Below, piece after piece: positions 1-12,772 of a DNA stretch of 64,000 bases. Position 1 is the stretch's first letter, and every line of letters starts with the position of its first letter. Made by a program: the position numbers and the translations under genes. The stretch is taken from positions 199,642,001 to 199,706,000 of the forward strand of contig NC_086097.1 of NCBI RefSeq assembly GCF_963921235.1, read 5' to 3'. Source of the DNA: Mobula hypostoma (lineage: Eukaryota). The notes under the pieces are model-generated. The model searched no databases, was not told the origin of the DNA, and saw only the letters and a program-made list of their open reading frames with translations.

Positions 1-1152
1 TGAGTAGAATTGGTGGATGTTGTGTACTTGAATTTTCAGACGTCCTTTGACAAGGTGCCACACATGAAGCTGCTTAACAACAAAAATTTTACGAGCATAG
101 ATACAGAATGAGCTGATTGGCAGCAGGAATAAATGAAGCCTTTTCTGATTGACTGTTGGTGTTCCACAGGGGTCAATATTACAACATCTTTTTACATCGT
201 ACGTGAATGATTTGGAAGATGGAATTGATGGTTTTGTGGCCAAGTTTGCAGATGATATTAAGATAGGTAGAGGGGCTAGTAATTTTGAGGCAACAGGGTA
301 GCTGCAGAAGGACTTAGACAGATTAGGAGAGTGGACAAAGAAATGGAAGCTGGAATACAGTGTTGAGAACTGCATGGTCATGCACTTCGGAAGAAGGAAC
401 AAAAGCATAGATTATTTTCTAAATGGAGGTGAAATTCAAAAATCCAAGGTGCAAAACGACTTGGGAATTCTTGTGCAGGATTCCTTAAAGGTTAACTTGC
501 AGGTTGCGTCAGTGGTGAGGAAGGAAAATGCAATGTTAGCATTCATCTCGAAAGGACTAGAATATAAAAACAAGAATGTAATACTGAAGCTTTATAAGGC
601 ATTTGTGAGGCCTCACTTGGATTATTGTGAGCATTTCTGTGCCCTTTATCAAAGAAAGGTTGTGCTGATATTGGAGAGAGTTCAAAGGAGATTCACCGAA
701 ATGATTCCCAGAATAAAAAGCTTATCATATGAGGAGAGTTTGATGGCTCTGGGCCTGTACGCACTGGAATGAGGGACGATCTCATTGAAACCTATTGAAT
801 ATTGAAAGGCCTAGAAATAGTGGCTGTGGAGAAGATGTTTCCAATAGTGGGAGAGTCTAGGACTAGAGAGCACAACCTCAGAATAGAGGGATGTCCATTT
901 AGACATGAGATGTAGAGCAATTTCTTTAGCCAGGAGGTGGTGAACCTTGGGAATTCATTGCCATATGCAGCTGCGGAGGCCAGGTCACTGTGTATATTTA
1001 AGGCAGAGGTTGACAGATTCTTAATAAGTCAGAGCATGAAAGGTTATGGGGAGAAGGCAGAAGAATGGTGTTGACGGGGAAATGGATTTGCTGGAGCAGA
1101 CTCAATGAGCTGAATGGCAGAATTCTGCTCCTATGTCTAATGGTCTTATGGT
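1..1152 (+). mobile_element. CR1 LINE, 3' part (degraded RT, C-terminus, 3' UTR)
   Basis: Residual YLNFQTSFDKVPH, AKFADD and LYKAFVRPHLDYC motifs; ends in a CR1-type (TCTTATGG)-like tail at about 1135-1152; many stops. Confidence 0.92.
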
Positions 1153-1958
1153 CTGAATATGTGGTTACACTAATTAACTGATGGCCCAACCAACCGGAAA
1201 CCACTTTACATGCAACTGAAAACCATGAATGTGATCTTTCTGGTCTGTGGAATCAGATAGTGAGTGTTGAAAGATAAACAGAAGTGTACACTGTGTTGTC
1301 CTATGACTGGAAGCTTTCAGAAGCTGCCCTACAGGTGACCTCTGCCCATTTTTGATCCTATGAAGTAGAACGTAATCACTATATTAATCTCTCCAATTTT
1401 AAATACAGTCCAAAATGACAACACTATTGAAGTGCAAATTCCAATACAGTTAAGTTTCAAATCATTAGCATAGAGAGTTTTAATCCATGATTAACACACA
1501 ATAGCACATTATTGAAACCACTAACATAATTACAGCACAATGATTTGAGTGAAATCTTTCTGAAGGAATTAAATCAAACAAAATACTTCAGAATATAATG
1601 TCCTTACGCCTGTACATCCAAACTACCACAATAAAAGGGATTTAAAGCTTTCTAAACTTTCAATGCACTTACGCAAGAAATTTAATATTGAAGAGGCAAA
1701 GGTAAAAACTTAAAATAATAAGCTAAATGAATAAAAATAAATGTAACTCTCACTTCCTTGCCAAATTAATTAGATAATTAAATCAACTGTGTACTCCATT
1801 ATGGCTATTAATATTTTACTGACCAGATATTTGGGGAAAAACACAATATGATGTTATAGGCAAACAACAGGAATTCTGCAGATGCTGGAAATTCAAGCAA
1901 CACACATCAAAGTTGCTGGTGAACGCAGCAGGCCAGGCAGCATCTATAGGAAGAGGCG

Positions 1959-1996
1959 CAGTCGACGTTTCAGGCCGAGACTCTTCGTCAGGACTA
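1959..1996 (-). ncRNA. Minimal type I hammerhead ribozyme in PLE pLTR
   Basis: Minus strand reads UAGUC-CUGACGA-AGAGUCUCGGCCU-GAAAC-GUC-GACUG; stem II is weakened in this copy. Confidence 0.7.
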
Positions 1997-3085
1997 ACTG
2001 AAGGAAGAGTGAGTAAGGGATTTGAAAGCTGGAGGGGGAGGGGGAGATGCAAAATGATAGGAGAAGACAGGAGGGGGAGGGATAGAGCCGAGAGCTGCAC
2101 AGGTGATAGGCAAAAGGGGATACGAGAGGATCATGGGACAGGAGGTCTGGGAAGAAAGACGGGGGGGGGGGGGGTGACCCAGAGGATGGGCAAGACGTAT
2201 ATTCAGAGGGACAGAGGGAGAAAAAGGAGAGTGAGAGAAAGAATGTGTGCATAAAAATGAGTAACAGCTGGGGTACGAGGGGGAGGTGGGGCCTAGCGGA
2301 AGTTAGAGAAGTCAATGTTCATGCCATCAGGTTGGAGGCTACCCAGACGGAATATAAGGTGTTGTTCCTCCAACCTGAGTGTGGCTTCATCTTTACAGTA
2401 GAGGAGGCCGTGGATAGACATGTCAGAATGGGAATGGGATGTGGAATTAAAATGTGTGGCCACTGGGAGATCCTGCTTTCTCTGGCGGACAGAGCGTAGA
2501 TGTTCAGCAAAGCGGTCTCCCAGTCTGCGTCGGGTCTCACCAATATATAAAAGGCCACATCGGGAGCACCGGACACAGTATATCACCCCAGTCGACTCAC
2601 AGGTGAAGTGATGCCTCACCTGGAAGGACTGTTTGGGGCCCTGAATGGTGGTAAGGGAGGAAGTGTAAGGGCATGTGTAGCACTTGTTCCGCTTACACGG
2701 ATAAGTGCCAGGAGGGAGATCAGTGGGGAGGGATGGGGGGGACGAATGGACAAGGGAGTTGTGTAGGGAGCGATCCCTGCGGAATGCAGAGAGAGGGGGG
2801 GAGGGAAAGATGTGCTTAGTGGTGGGATCCCGTTGGAGGTGGCGGAAGTTACGGAGAATAATATGTTGGACCCGGAGGCTGGTGGGGTAGTAGGTGAGGA
2901 CCAGGGGAACCCCCCCCCCCCGTCTTTCTTCCCGGACCTCCTGTCCCATGATTCTCTCGTATCCCCTTTTGCCTATCACCTGTCCAGCTCTCAGCTCTAT
3001 CCCTCCCCCTCCTGTCTTCTCCTATCATTTTGCATCTCCCCCTCCCCCTCCAGCTTTCAAATCCCTTACTCACTCTTCCTTCAGT

Positions 3086-3123
3086 TAGTCCTGACGAAGG
3101 GTCTCGGCCTGAAACGTCGACTG
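3086..3123 (+). ncRNA. Minimal type I hammerhead ribozyme in inverted PLE pLTR
   Basis: UAGUC(3086-90)-CUGACGA(3091-97)-A-GGGUCUCGGCCU-GAAAC-GUC(3116-18)-GACUG; stem I UAGUC/GACUG; palindromic ACGU in place of stem III. Confidence 0.8.
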
Positions 3124-3187
3124 CATCTCTTCCTATAGATGCTGCCTGGCCTGCTGCGTTCACCAGCAACTTTGATGTGTGTTGCTT

Positions 3188-4250
3188 CCCTAACACAAGC
3201 AGGTTTATCTATGCAGATGACCTATGCATAGCAACAAAAGCCAACTCCTTACAAGAAGTTGAAGTATGACTTACAGCAGTCCTTGAAACAATGAAGCAGT
3301 ATTATGAAAAATGGTCTCTGAACACAAATCCATCAAAAACTCAAGTGTGTGCATTCCACCTGAGGAATTGAGAAGCAGCTTGGAAACTCAAGATCTTCTG
3401 GTGTGGGAAGGAACTCGAACACAATCCAACTCCAATTTACCTTGGCATGACACTGGATAGGATGTTCTCATTTGCCACCCACATCCAAAAATTCAGAGGG
3501 AAAGTTGGTTCTCGCAATTCTCTCTTGACAAAATTGGCAGGCATGAAACGAGGAGCTAATGCTCACACACTTAGATCAACTGCCCTAGGACTCTGCTATG
3601 CACCTGCAGAATACTGTGCACCTGTGTGGGGCAGATCAGCCCATGCGAAGAAAATAGACTCGTTGCTTAACGAAGCCTGCCGAATAATCACGGGCACACT
3701 GCACCCCACACCCACTAACATAATTTACAGACTTGCAGGTATTGCTCCCCCAGAGAGCCAAAGACACACTACAACAACAATTGAAAAAGGTAAACAGAAC
3801 TCAGATCCACCCACCCACGACATCATCATGTGCCAGTTTCCAACCGCCTAAAATTGAGGAAAAACTTTGCTACAGTGGAGGACCTACTGCATGGAACATC
3901 CCCCCAAACATACAGGATTGACCTCTGGGAACAAACAGAAGCCAGAACCCCATCAAACAATACAGTGCAAGACCCCACAGAAATGTTGCCAGACGGGGCA
4001 CTGCTTGACAGATGGAAGTGGTGCACTCTCAACAGAGCGAGAGCGGGAGTTTGTAGGATGGGAGACAATATGGTGAAGTGGGGTTAAAGACCAGCGAATC
4101 CTGTGAGTGTGGCGAAAGGGTGCAGAACATTGAACACGTTCTGCGCAACTGCCCACTCTCACCTGATTTAGCTGACACTGAACTGCTCAACATCAACCAA
4201 ACAACACTAGAGTGGCTGGCTGTCTGGTGTGACAAGCTACAATGATGATG
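3188..4250 (+). mobile_element. Ingi/Vingi (I-group) LINE, 5'-truncated and degraded
   Basis: IYADDL RT motif, TLRSTALGLCYAPAEYCAPVW, C-terminal CECG..IEH..C zinc motif, (ATG)n tail at 4242-4250. Confidence 0.8.
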
Positions 4251-4779
4251 TTCTTTGGTTGGATATAACTTGCAGGTTTTTGACTGTTGGAGTCAATATC
4301 TGCTTTGCATGAATCAAACTCATTGCTGATTGAGAATAAAGAGCCATGAATTACCCATTGTCACTTGCTGGGAAGAGGGCATTAATGGATGCCGGCCTGG
4401 AGCAGAGCCAGTAAAAAGGTGTTAAAGGTTCAGATACATGATATGGACTGCATTTGAATTAATAAGCAATGAATATAAAAGTAGGCACTTCGATTGTGCT
4501 CTCAGTAATAATTCCGGAGAATCACCATCGCGAAGAAGGACCCCCCAGGCCAGGGGCTGGGAGAAGAAAGAGATCCCCTATTTTGGTGTTATGAATTGGA
4601 CAAGTTGTCTGAGGGAGTATTGGTACCGAGTAAACACTATAATTCATGGTTTAAATTGTTGGCCCGGGGTCAACATAGTTCCATTGTTGTTTGTGCAGAG
4701 ACAATAATGTGTGAGCTTCAATAAATTACTAGTTGCCTAGTGAATTTCCCAACCTAGTTCCATTGACGAATGGTCAACA

Positions 4780-6700
4780 GTAGAATTCATCCTGCAATTT
4801 GAGAAGGAGAAGCTAAAGTCAATTGTAACAGTATTACAGTGGATTAAAGGGAATTATATAGGCGTGAGAGAGGAGCAGGGCAAAATTGATTAGAAAAGAA
4901 CACCTGCAAGGATGACGGCAGGGCAGCAAATGGCTAGAATTTCTGGGAGCAATTTGGAAGGTGCAGAATATATACATCCCAGACAGGAAGAAATATTGTA
5001 AAGGCAGGATGATGCAACTGTGACTGACAAGAGAAATCAAAGCCAACATCAGACCCAAAGAGAGAGCATATAATAGAGCAAAAGGTAAAGAATTGAGAAG
5101 CTTCTAAAAACCAACAGAAGGCAACTAGAAAAGTCATAAAGAAGGAAAAGATAAAATGCAAAGGTAAGATAGCCAATAATATTAAAGTGGATACCAAAAG
5201 TTTCTTCAGATACATAAATTACAAAAGAGAGGCGAGAGTAGATATCAGACCATTGAAAAATGATGCTGGAGAGGTAGTAATGGGGGACAAAGAAATGGCA
5301 GATGAACTCAGGGGGCAGAAATGTGTAAAGTTGCAATTACAAGTGTAACGCTCAGCTATATTTGTTCGTATTTATCTCGGGGAAACCCCATCCGCTGCCC
5401 ACATTGTCTCCTGGTTATGTCAGTTGCTGTACAACTGCCACCTGATTCAGCTTCAAATATCAATCATCAGCCAGCACACAATGTATGTTTTACCAGTTAC
5501 ACCTTATAGATATTACTGCATATTAATAGAAATTCAATACAAAAAGGAATGGAAAAGGCGCCAGACTTACCAAAGTTCAATTTCTTTGTGCATATGTTGG
5601 AGCTCGGGGACCTCTTCGGGACCACTGTGACCCCGTCAACTCGCAGCTCGCGACCACCCAGAATGATCAACCTGAGCTTTCCCGCACGTCCGCCATTCTC
5701 ACCGTCTCTCCTCCGACTCCCCACCAAAAGCCCCTGGTTCCCAGCCATATGAGACAGCATATCACCCCAAGAAAGAATAACATGGACACCCACTGGTTCA
5801 TAATACTCTGCTATCTGTTATAACCTAAGCAAAGTGCTAGCTAGAGACTTTACCAGCATTTAACATAACAAAGAAGCCATTTTAATTACCATACACAGTA
5901 ACATAAAAGAATAAACCCCTTACACAAGGGAGAAGGTGCTTGGTAAACTGAAAGGTCTGAAGGTAGATAAGTCACCTGGACCAGATAGTATACTGCCCAG
6001 GGTCTGAAAGAGGTGGCTAAAGATATTATGCAGGCATTAGTAATGATTTTTCTAGAATCCACTAGATTCTGGTATGGTTCAGGAGGAATGGAAAATTGGC
6101 ACTACACACTTCAAGAAGGGAGAGAGGCAGAAGAAAGGAAATTACAAGCCAGTTAGTATGACTCAGTGATTGGGAAGATGTTGGAGTTGATTGTTAAGAA
6201 TGTGGTTTTAGGGTACTTGATCGAATAGGCCATATTCGGACTGGTTTTATTAAGGAAAAATCATGCCTGGCAAATTTGTTGGAATTCTTTGAAGAAATAA
6301 CAAACAGGATAGACAAAAGAGAATCGGTAAATGTAAAGTACTTGGATTTTCAGAAGACCTTTGACAAGGAGCCACACGAGGCTGCTTAATAAGTTAGGGG
6401 CTCATGATATTACAGGTAAGATACCAGCACAGATAAAGCAGTGGCTGATTGGCTTGTGGCAGAGTGGGAATAAAGGGAGCCTTTTCTGGTTGGCTGCCGG
6501 TGACAAGTGATGTTGAGACTACTTCCTTTTACATTATATGTCAATTACTTGGATGGTGGGATTAATGGCTTTGTGGCCAAGTTTGCAGACAATATGAAGA
6601 TAGGTAGAGGGGCTGATAGTGTTGAGGAAGCAGGATGTGTGCAGAAGGATTTAGACAGATTAGGAGAATGGGCAAAGGAATGGCAAAGAATTGGAATATA
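4780..6700 (+). mobile_element. Old CR1 ORF2 fragment interrupted by a solo LTR
   Basis: Degraded CR1 ORF2 (KSPGPD, FVAKFADNMK); the CR1 sequence is continuous across the 5344-5924 insertion. Confidence 0.88.
5344..5924. mobile_element. Solo LTR with 4-bp TSD
   Basis: TGTAA...TTACA termini flanked by CAAG (5340-43) and CAAG (5925-28). Confidence 0.88.
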
Positions 6701-7599
6701 GTGTCTGGACTGTTGCTCCCGTGACTTACCCACAATGCCACCAGAAAGAGGTCAAAAGATTTGAAGTCATAAATGTATTTTAAAACCCAGATTAGAACTT
6801 ATCATAGAAGTCAGTTAAGTTCAGTGAGTGTGCAGATATGGGGATCCAAGATTTGGATGTTCACAAGTCTATAGTGATAAATAAAATTTGCATGCAGGAT
6901 AAAAAAAAGTTGAATTAAGTAATAAAGAAAACAAAGTAAAGTTTCTCGACAATAGATGTAGTGAGGTAGTGGACTATGTCAAGCAATATAACAGAATGAA
7001 AGAATGTATATGCAGTGCAAATTTCAACCAGGGGTTGAACATTAAATTGTAATGCTGAGCAGTCATGTTCAGCCAAACAAGGATGATAATGGCAAGTGTT
7101 AATGAGGTTGCCAGAGAAGATCTGTGCTTGTGAGAGCTTTATATAATGATTTCAGTTCTGATATTTAGGAAAGGATTGCTCTTCATCTGATACAGAATGT
7201 CCAACAACTAATCCGATAATTTATAGAAAGTAAAGTACTGCTCACTTCAGTACATCTATACAAACAGATGATGTCAGACGTCAGACTCAAATCTACTGAA
7301 GCTAATAAATTATTTGGATAACAGTTTAAGGTGAGAACACTTTGTCCCTGCATTCCCCTATGAATGTTTAAACTGTTCACTGGAATATTTAAAATTCTGT
7401 GCTTGTCTTCTGTTTCAAATTTGCAGCATCTATGATTTTCATCTCTTCACTGATCAAATGCTCCTCAAGTCAATGAAGGTAATTCTGTACATACACTCAG
7501 TGGCCACTTTATTAGGTACAGAAGTGGAAGCCAGTGTAGTCTTCTATTGCTGTAGCCCATCCACTTCAAGGTTTAACATGTCTGCATTAAAGGATTGAC

Positions 7600-9434
7600 A
7601 AGAAGCTGAGGGACCTCGGACTTGACCCTGCCTTGTGCAGCTGGATCCTGGGCTTTCTGTCAGATCACCGGCAGGTGGTAAGAGTGGGCTCCCTCACTTC
7701 CACCCCTCTGACTCTCAATATAGGAGCCTCTCAGGGCTGTGTACTGAGTCCCCTCCTTTACTCTCTGTATATCCATGTCTGCGTTGCCACCCGCCGCTCT
7801 AATCTGCTAATTAAATTTGCCGATGACACTACATTGATTGGCCTTACCTAAAACAATAACAAGGTGGCCTTCAGGGAAGAAGTCATCTCTGTGACACAGT
7901 GGTGTCAAGAAAACAACCTCTCCCTCAATGTTGCAAAAACAAAGGAGCTGTTTGTGGAATATAGGAGGATTGGAGATGGGCTAACTCCTATTGACATCAA
8001 TGGAGCTGGGGTTGAGAGAGTAAAGAGCTTCAATTTCGTCAGCATTCACATCATCAAGGATCTCATGTGGTCTGTACACACAGCTGTGTGGTGAAAAAGG
8101 CACAACAGCGCCTCTTTCACCTCAGACGGTTGAGGAAGTTTGGTATAGGCCCCCAAATCCTAAGAACTTTCTACAGGGGCACAATTAAGAGCATCCTGAC
8201 TGGCTGCATCACTGTCTGGTTCCTCTCTCAATCGCAGGACTCTGCAGAGAGTGGTGCAGACAACCCACTGCATCTGTAGTTGTGAACTTCCCATGATTCG
8301 GGTGTGATGGGATCCTGAATTATCCTTATGAACTGTGCTTTTAAGAGAGAGAGAGAGTTGTTCAACACAAGCACCTTGTTATTAAGAGAGAGAGAGAGGC
8401 GAAGACTGCTCACAGTTTGTTTGAAATTCCTGCAAGGACACTGGCAGCTTCTCAGTTCCTACAGAAAGGGAAGGGAGGAGCTACTTGATGGACAGCTGGT
8501 GTTCAGCACAACAGTATCTAAACCAGCGTAATTGCTTGTTTCACAGGACATGCAGATGCACAAGGGTGTGGTGAAGTCACTACTATCCTGTTCAGGTGCC
8601 CACAAGTGTGGGACTGTGGATCGATTATGAGGTACCGATCTGTGATTATTAGTGCGTGAAAGAGCAACCTTGTGGAGTCTACTAGTGTATCTAACACTCA
8701 CCTGGGTTGGTAGACTATCACTCAAAGATGGTGCTCTTAAATTGGTCAAGTTTAGCTAACTTGGAAGTTTCAGAGGACAATGGGAAGATCAATGGCCTCA
8801 GCTCACCTGAAGAGCTAAGCACCTCTCTCTCTCTCCATCACTGCTCAACTCAATACCACGAACTGAGCTGAAATTTACCCATCATCGTAAGACTGTATCC
8901 ATTTACCCCTAGGCTTGAAGAAGCTTGGTTTATTTTCTATTTGTATATATTTATATAAAATCATTGCTAACCTGTTTGATTTATCTGATTTTATGTTACT
9001 GTATTGCTTAGTTACTAATGAATAATATAAGTTAATAGCAATACCAGACTCCAAAGTGTTTTCCATGTCTGCTGGTTCTTTGTTCTTTAACCTGTCACAG
9101 GGTACGTGACACAGGACATTTACAAAGGTGTGTAAAAAGGGCCCACAGGATCATTGGGGACCTAAGTCACGCAACCACAATCTATTCCAGCTGCTGCCAT
9201 CCGGGAAAGGGTACTGCAGCATAAAAGCTAGGACCAACAGGCTACAGGACATCTTCTTCCACCAGGCCATCAGACTGATTAACTCATGCTGATTTGAGTG
9301 TATCTCTATGTTATATTGACTGCTCTATTTATTATGAATGATTATAAATTACTATGATTGCACATTGCACATTTAGACAGATGTAAAACTCCTCATGTAT
9401 GTGAAGGATGTAAAAAATAAAGCCAATTCAATTT
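7600..9434 (+). mobile_element. Rex1/Babar LINE 3' part, interrupted by a solo LTR
   Basis: GASQGCVLSPLLYSLY, IKFADDTT, KAQQRLFHLRRLRKF; AATAAA followed by a (CAATT)n tail. Confidence 0.9.
8303..9111 (+). mobile_element. Solo LTR, 3' end related to 36220-37479
   Basis: TG...CA termini; TSD CGGG/CAGG (1 mismatch); the Rex sequence resumes at 9112. Confidence 0.82.
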
Positions 9435-9939
9435 AGTTCTGCACAGCTCTGTTGTAATGCTTGGTTATCTCAGTTATTTTCAACTTCCTGTCTCCTTGAA
9501 CCAGTCTGGCCGTTCTCCTCTCATTATCAAGTTGTTTTTGCCCACCGAACAGCCGCTCACTGGATGCTTTCTACCTCTCTGTAAACTTTAGAGACTGTAA
9601 TGTGTGAAAGTCCCAGGAGATCAGCAGTTTCTGAAATGCTCAAACCACCCCAATTGGCACCAACAGTCATTCCATGGTTGCTGTCACATGATTGGCTGAT
9701 AAGATGTTTGTATTAATGAGCGAATAGATAGGTGTTCCTATTCAAGTGGTATTTTAAACTGAATGCAATGGACAAGATTTATGTGGATTTATATGACTGT
9801 TTGCTTAATAATATATTTTTTTTCAAAATAATTACAACCTTGTAATTTTAATGTCTGTTCCTGCTTCAAAAGGCCTTTGTTTTCAAAAAGGAATTTAAAA
9901 TTAATAAGTCAGTACCTCCACAATTTTTATTCAAGATTC

Positions 9940-10735
9940 AACGATTACAAGGGGACACCAGCAGGGGTGATGGCAGATCAGCAGAGGCTAGAGTTCCTGT
10001 GAGCAATTTGGAAGGTGTAGGATAGATAGATCTCAAATATGAATTAGGATTCTAAAAGGAGGATGAAGCAACCTTGGGTGACAAGGGAAATCAAAGACAG
10101 CATAAAAGTAAAATGAGAGCATAAAATATTACAAAAATTAATGGAAAGTTAGAGGATTGGGAAGCTTTTAAAAGTTTTTAACCAGTTTTTTTCAGATATA
10201 TAAACAGTAAACAAAAAGTGAGAGGCGATATTGGACTACTGAGAAATGATGCTGGAGAGGTAGTAATGGGGCATAAAGAAATGAAGGACAATCTTAATAT
10301 GTGTTTTGCACCAGTCTTTAAGACACCAGCTGTGTGCCAAAAATTTAAGAGTGTCAGGGAGCAGAAGTGAGTATAATTGCTATTACACAGGAGAAGGTGC
10401 TTGGGAAACTGAAAAGTCTGTAGGTAGATAAGTCAACTGGACCAGATGAGCTACACCTGGGGGTTCTGAAAGAGGTAGCCGAAGAGAATGTGGAGGCTTT
10501 AGTAATGAGCTTTCAAGAATCACTGGATTCTGGATTGGTTCCAGAGGACTGGAAAATTGCAAATGTCTCTCTACACTTTAAGAAAGAAGGGAGGCAAGAC
10601 ATAGGAAATTATAGGCCAGTTGGCATGACTTAAATGGCTGGTAAGATGTTGGAATCTGTTATTAAGGGTGAAATTTCAAGGTACAAAATAAAATAGACCA
10701 AAGTCAGCAGGGTTTCCTCAAGGTAAAATTTTGTT
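9940..10735 (+). mobile_element. Old CR1 ORF2 fragment
   Basis: Degraded KS.GPD..H, DWKIANV and GNYRPV motifs. Confidence 0.85.
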
Positions 10736-10850
10736 CGTCATACACCCCTACTACCACCAATTTGGTATTCTACAATATTCCTACATCATCCACTACAAAA
10801 CTCCTACCTTCATTTGCATTTTGTGTGCCACAGTATCCTAGGAAACATTG

Positions 10851-11413
10851 AGGTGAGGTGAGGGCCTTCATCGGTCAGCGTTGGCCATGGATATTGTGTC
10901 CTAGCTGTCTAGATATGCAAGCCTGGGCAGAACGTTAGGGCGAGCAAGCTGCTTCCCGTGTAGCAAGCCTCCCCACCACCCCACCACCCACGCATCTGGT
11001 GTACCCAAAGGAATGGCAGAGACTGATACAGTTTGGTACAAACAGCATCACATGAGTTGCCAGTCAACATTGAACTGAATATAGGACTCCAGCTCCTGAT
11101 CTTTCCCTCAGAGTTTACTCCTGAAGCCTTCCCCATGAGTGGGTATAGCTGCAAGGCAGTGGAGGTTTGAGATCAGTGTTTTTCTTCTCTTAGATGAGCT
11201 GCCAACCACAGCTGATAAGCCCCAAAGCGACTGGTTTTAATGTGCCAGTAACCTGCCTTTGCCTGCCAGTAGAAATGGTTCTGTTGGGCTTAGTAGCTAA
11301 GCCTCACGTGAAGGCGAGAAGTTGGAATTGGTTGTCAGAGGCTTTTTGAGGCGCGTGACATTTCGAGCATTGAATGGGTAGTGGGAACTTAACCCCATTA
11401 CAACCTTAAGGAA
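10851..11413 (-). mobile_element. Non-autonomous RTE-derived element (5' UTR-like body plus tail)
   Basis: Minus strand has an RTE-like 5' UTR motif (GAGAAGAAAAACACTGATCTCAAACC) and a (CCTCA)n tail; 14-bp imperfect TSD CCTAGGAAACATTG/CCAAGGAGACATTG (10837-50, 11414-27). Confidence 0.65.
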
Positions 11414-12772
11414 CCAAGGAGACATTGGATTACACATAATCAGGCACTTGAAGGATCCAATAAAAAGAAGGTAGGTTTAAGCGGAGCAGCTCTTTGGGGA
11501 GTGACCATTGTGTGCATGGGCCAATATTTGAGTGGGGAGTTTAGGCTTTGGCTCATTGAGACTCCAACGAGGAGTGGCATAGACTGTAGGTAGATATTTT
11601 TCATTATATATTATTTATTTCTTTCTTATTGACCATTTTGAGCAGTGGGATGCCAGGCAGGATTGTGGAATGCTCCATTTGTGGGATGTGGGAATGCAGG
11701 GAGACTTACTGTGTTCTTGATGATTATACCTGCAAGAAATGCATCCAACAGAACTTCTAACAGAGTGTGTTAAGAAACTGGATGAACTCCTGATAATTCA
11801 GGTGGGCTGAGATGGGCAGGGTGTATAGGGGGGTAGTTACATGCAAGGTACAGGTCACAGGTAACTGAGTCACCATCAGGAGCAGGAATGGTGGTAGGCA
11901 GTCAGTGCAGAGTACCCCTGTGGCTGTTCCCTCAACAACAAGTATACTGGTTTGGATACTGTTGGAGGGATATCACTTAGAGAAAAGTCACAGCAGGTCA
12001 GCTCTCTGGCACTGAAGCTGGCTCTGTGACTCAGTCACTGGAAAGGAGTGAAAAGAGGTGAACTGTAGTGACTAGGGATTTGTTGGTTAGGTGAACAGAA
12101 AGGAGATTCTGTGGATGAGAATGAGAATCGTGGATCGTATGCTGCTTCCTGGCTGCTTGGGTCAGGGACATCTTAGATTGAGTCCACAGAATTCTTAAGT
12201 GGGGGATGAGCAGCCAGAAGACATGGCCCATGTTGGTACCAATGACATGGGTAGCAGGGGTGATGAGGTCCTGCAAAGTGAGTTCAAAGAGTTTCGTGCT
12301 AAACTAAAGGATAGGACCTCCAGGTTTATAATCTCAGGATTGCTACCCATGCCACGTGCTAGTGAGGCCAGAAATCAGAAGATCATACAGTTTAACACAT
12401 GCAAAGGAGGTGGTGCAGGAGTGATGGATTCAAATGTTTGGATTACTAGGCTCTCTTCCAACAAAGGTGGGACCTGTACACAAGGGTCTGTTTGCACCTG
12501 AACAGGAAGGGGACTAATACCCTACCGGGAAGTTTTACTAGTGTTGTCAAGGGGGTTTAAGTGAGAGTTGCAGGGTGATGGCAACCAGAGCTCTGGAACA
12601 GATAGTGGAGTGAGAGTGGAGAAAGATGTTGTTAAGCCTACATACAAAATGAGGAATCATAAGGTCGAGCATGGTGGGAACTAATGTTCTGATCTGCATA
12701 TATTTCAAAGCAAGGAGTATTGTAGGAAAGGCACATGAGTTTAGGGCATGGATCAGCATGTGGAATTATGTG

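Larger units (their letters stand above)
1861..3187 (-). mobile_element. Penelope-like element (Neptune type), 5'-truncated, with GIY-YIG endonuclease and an inverted partial pLTR
   Basis: Minus ORF 2293-2979 has the CKRNKCYTC linker and GVIYCVRC..LYIGET GIY-YIG motif; about 1893-2172 is the reverse complement of about 2910-3187; near-identical to 20890-21931. Confidence 0.95.
7494..9755. mobile_element. Tc1/mariner-like non-autonomous element split by a Rex/Babar insertion
   Basis: TA + CACTCAGTGGCCACTTTATTAGGTAC at the left; degenerate inverted copy GGTGTTCCTATTCAAGTGG at 9731-9749. Confidence 0.65.

Noticed and set aside
1660..1715. Micro-exon candidate on the minus strand (GC|GTAAGT)
   Set aside because: Short, AT-rich, no recognisable peptide; a chance motif is likely
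1816..2315. Short ORFs over PLE pLTRs (also 21518-21933 and 51461-52572)
   Set aside because: Open frames in low-complexity purine/pyrimidine-skewed pLTR sequence; not consistent between copies
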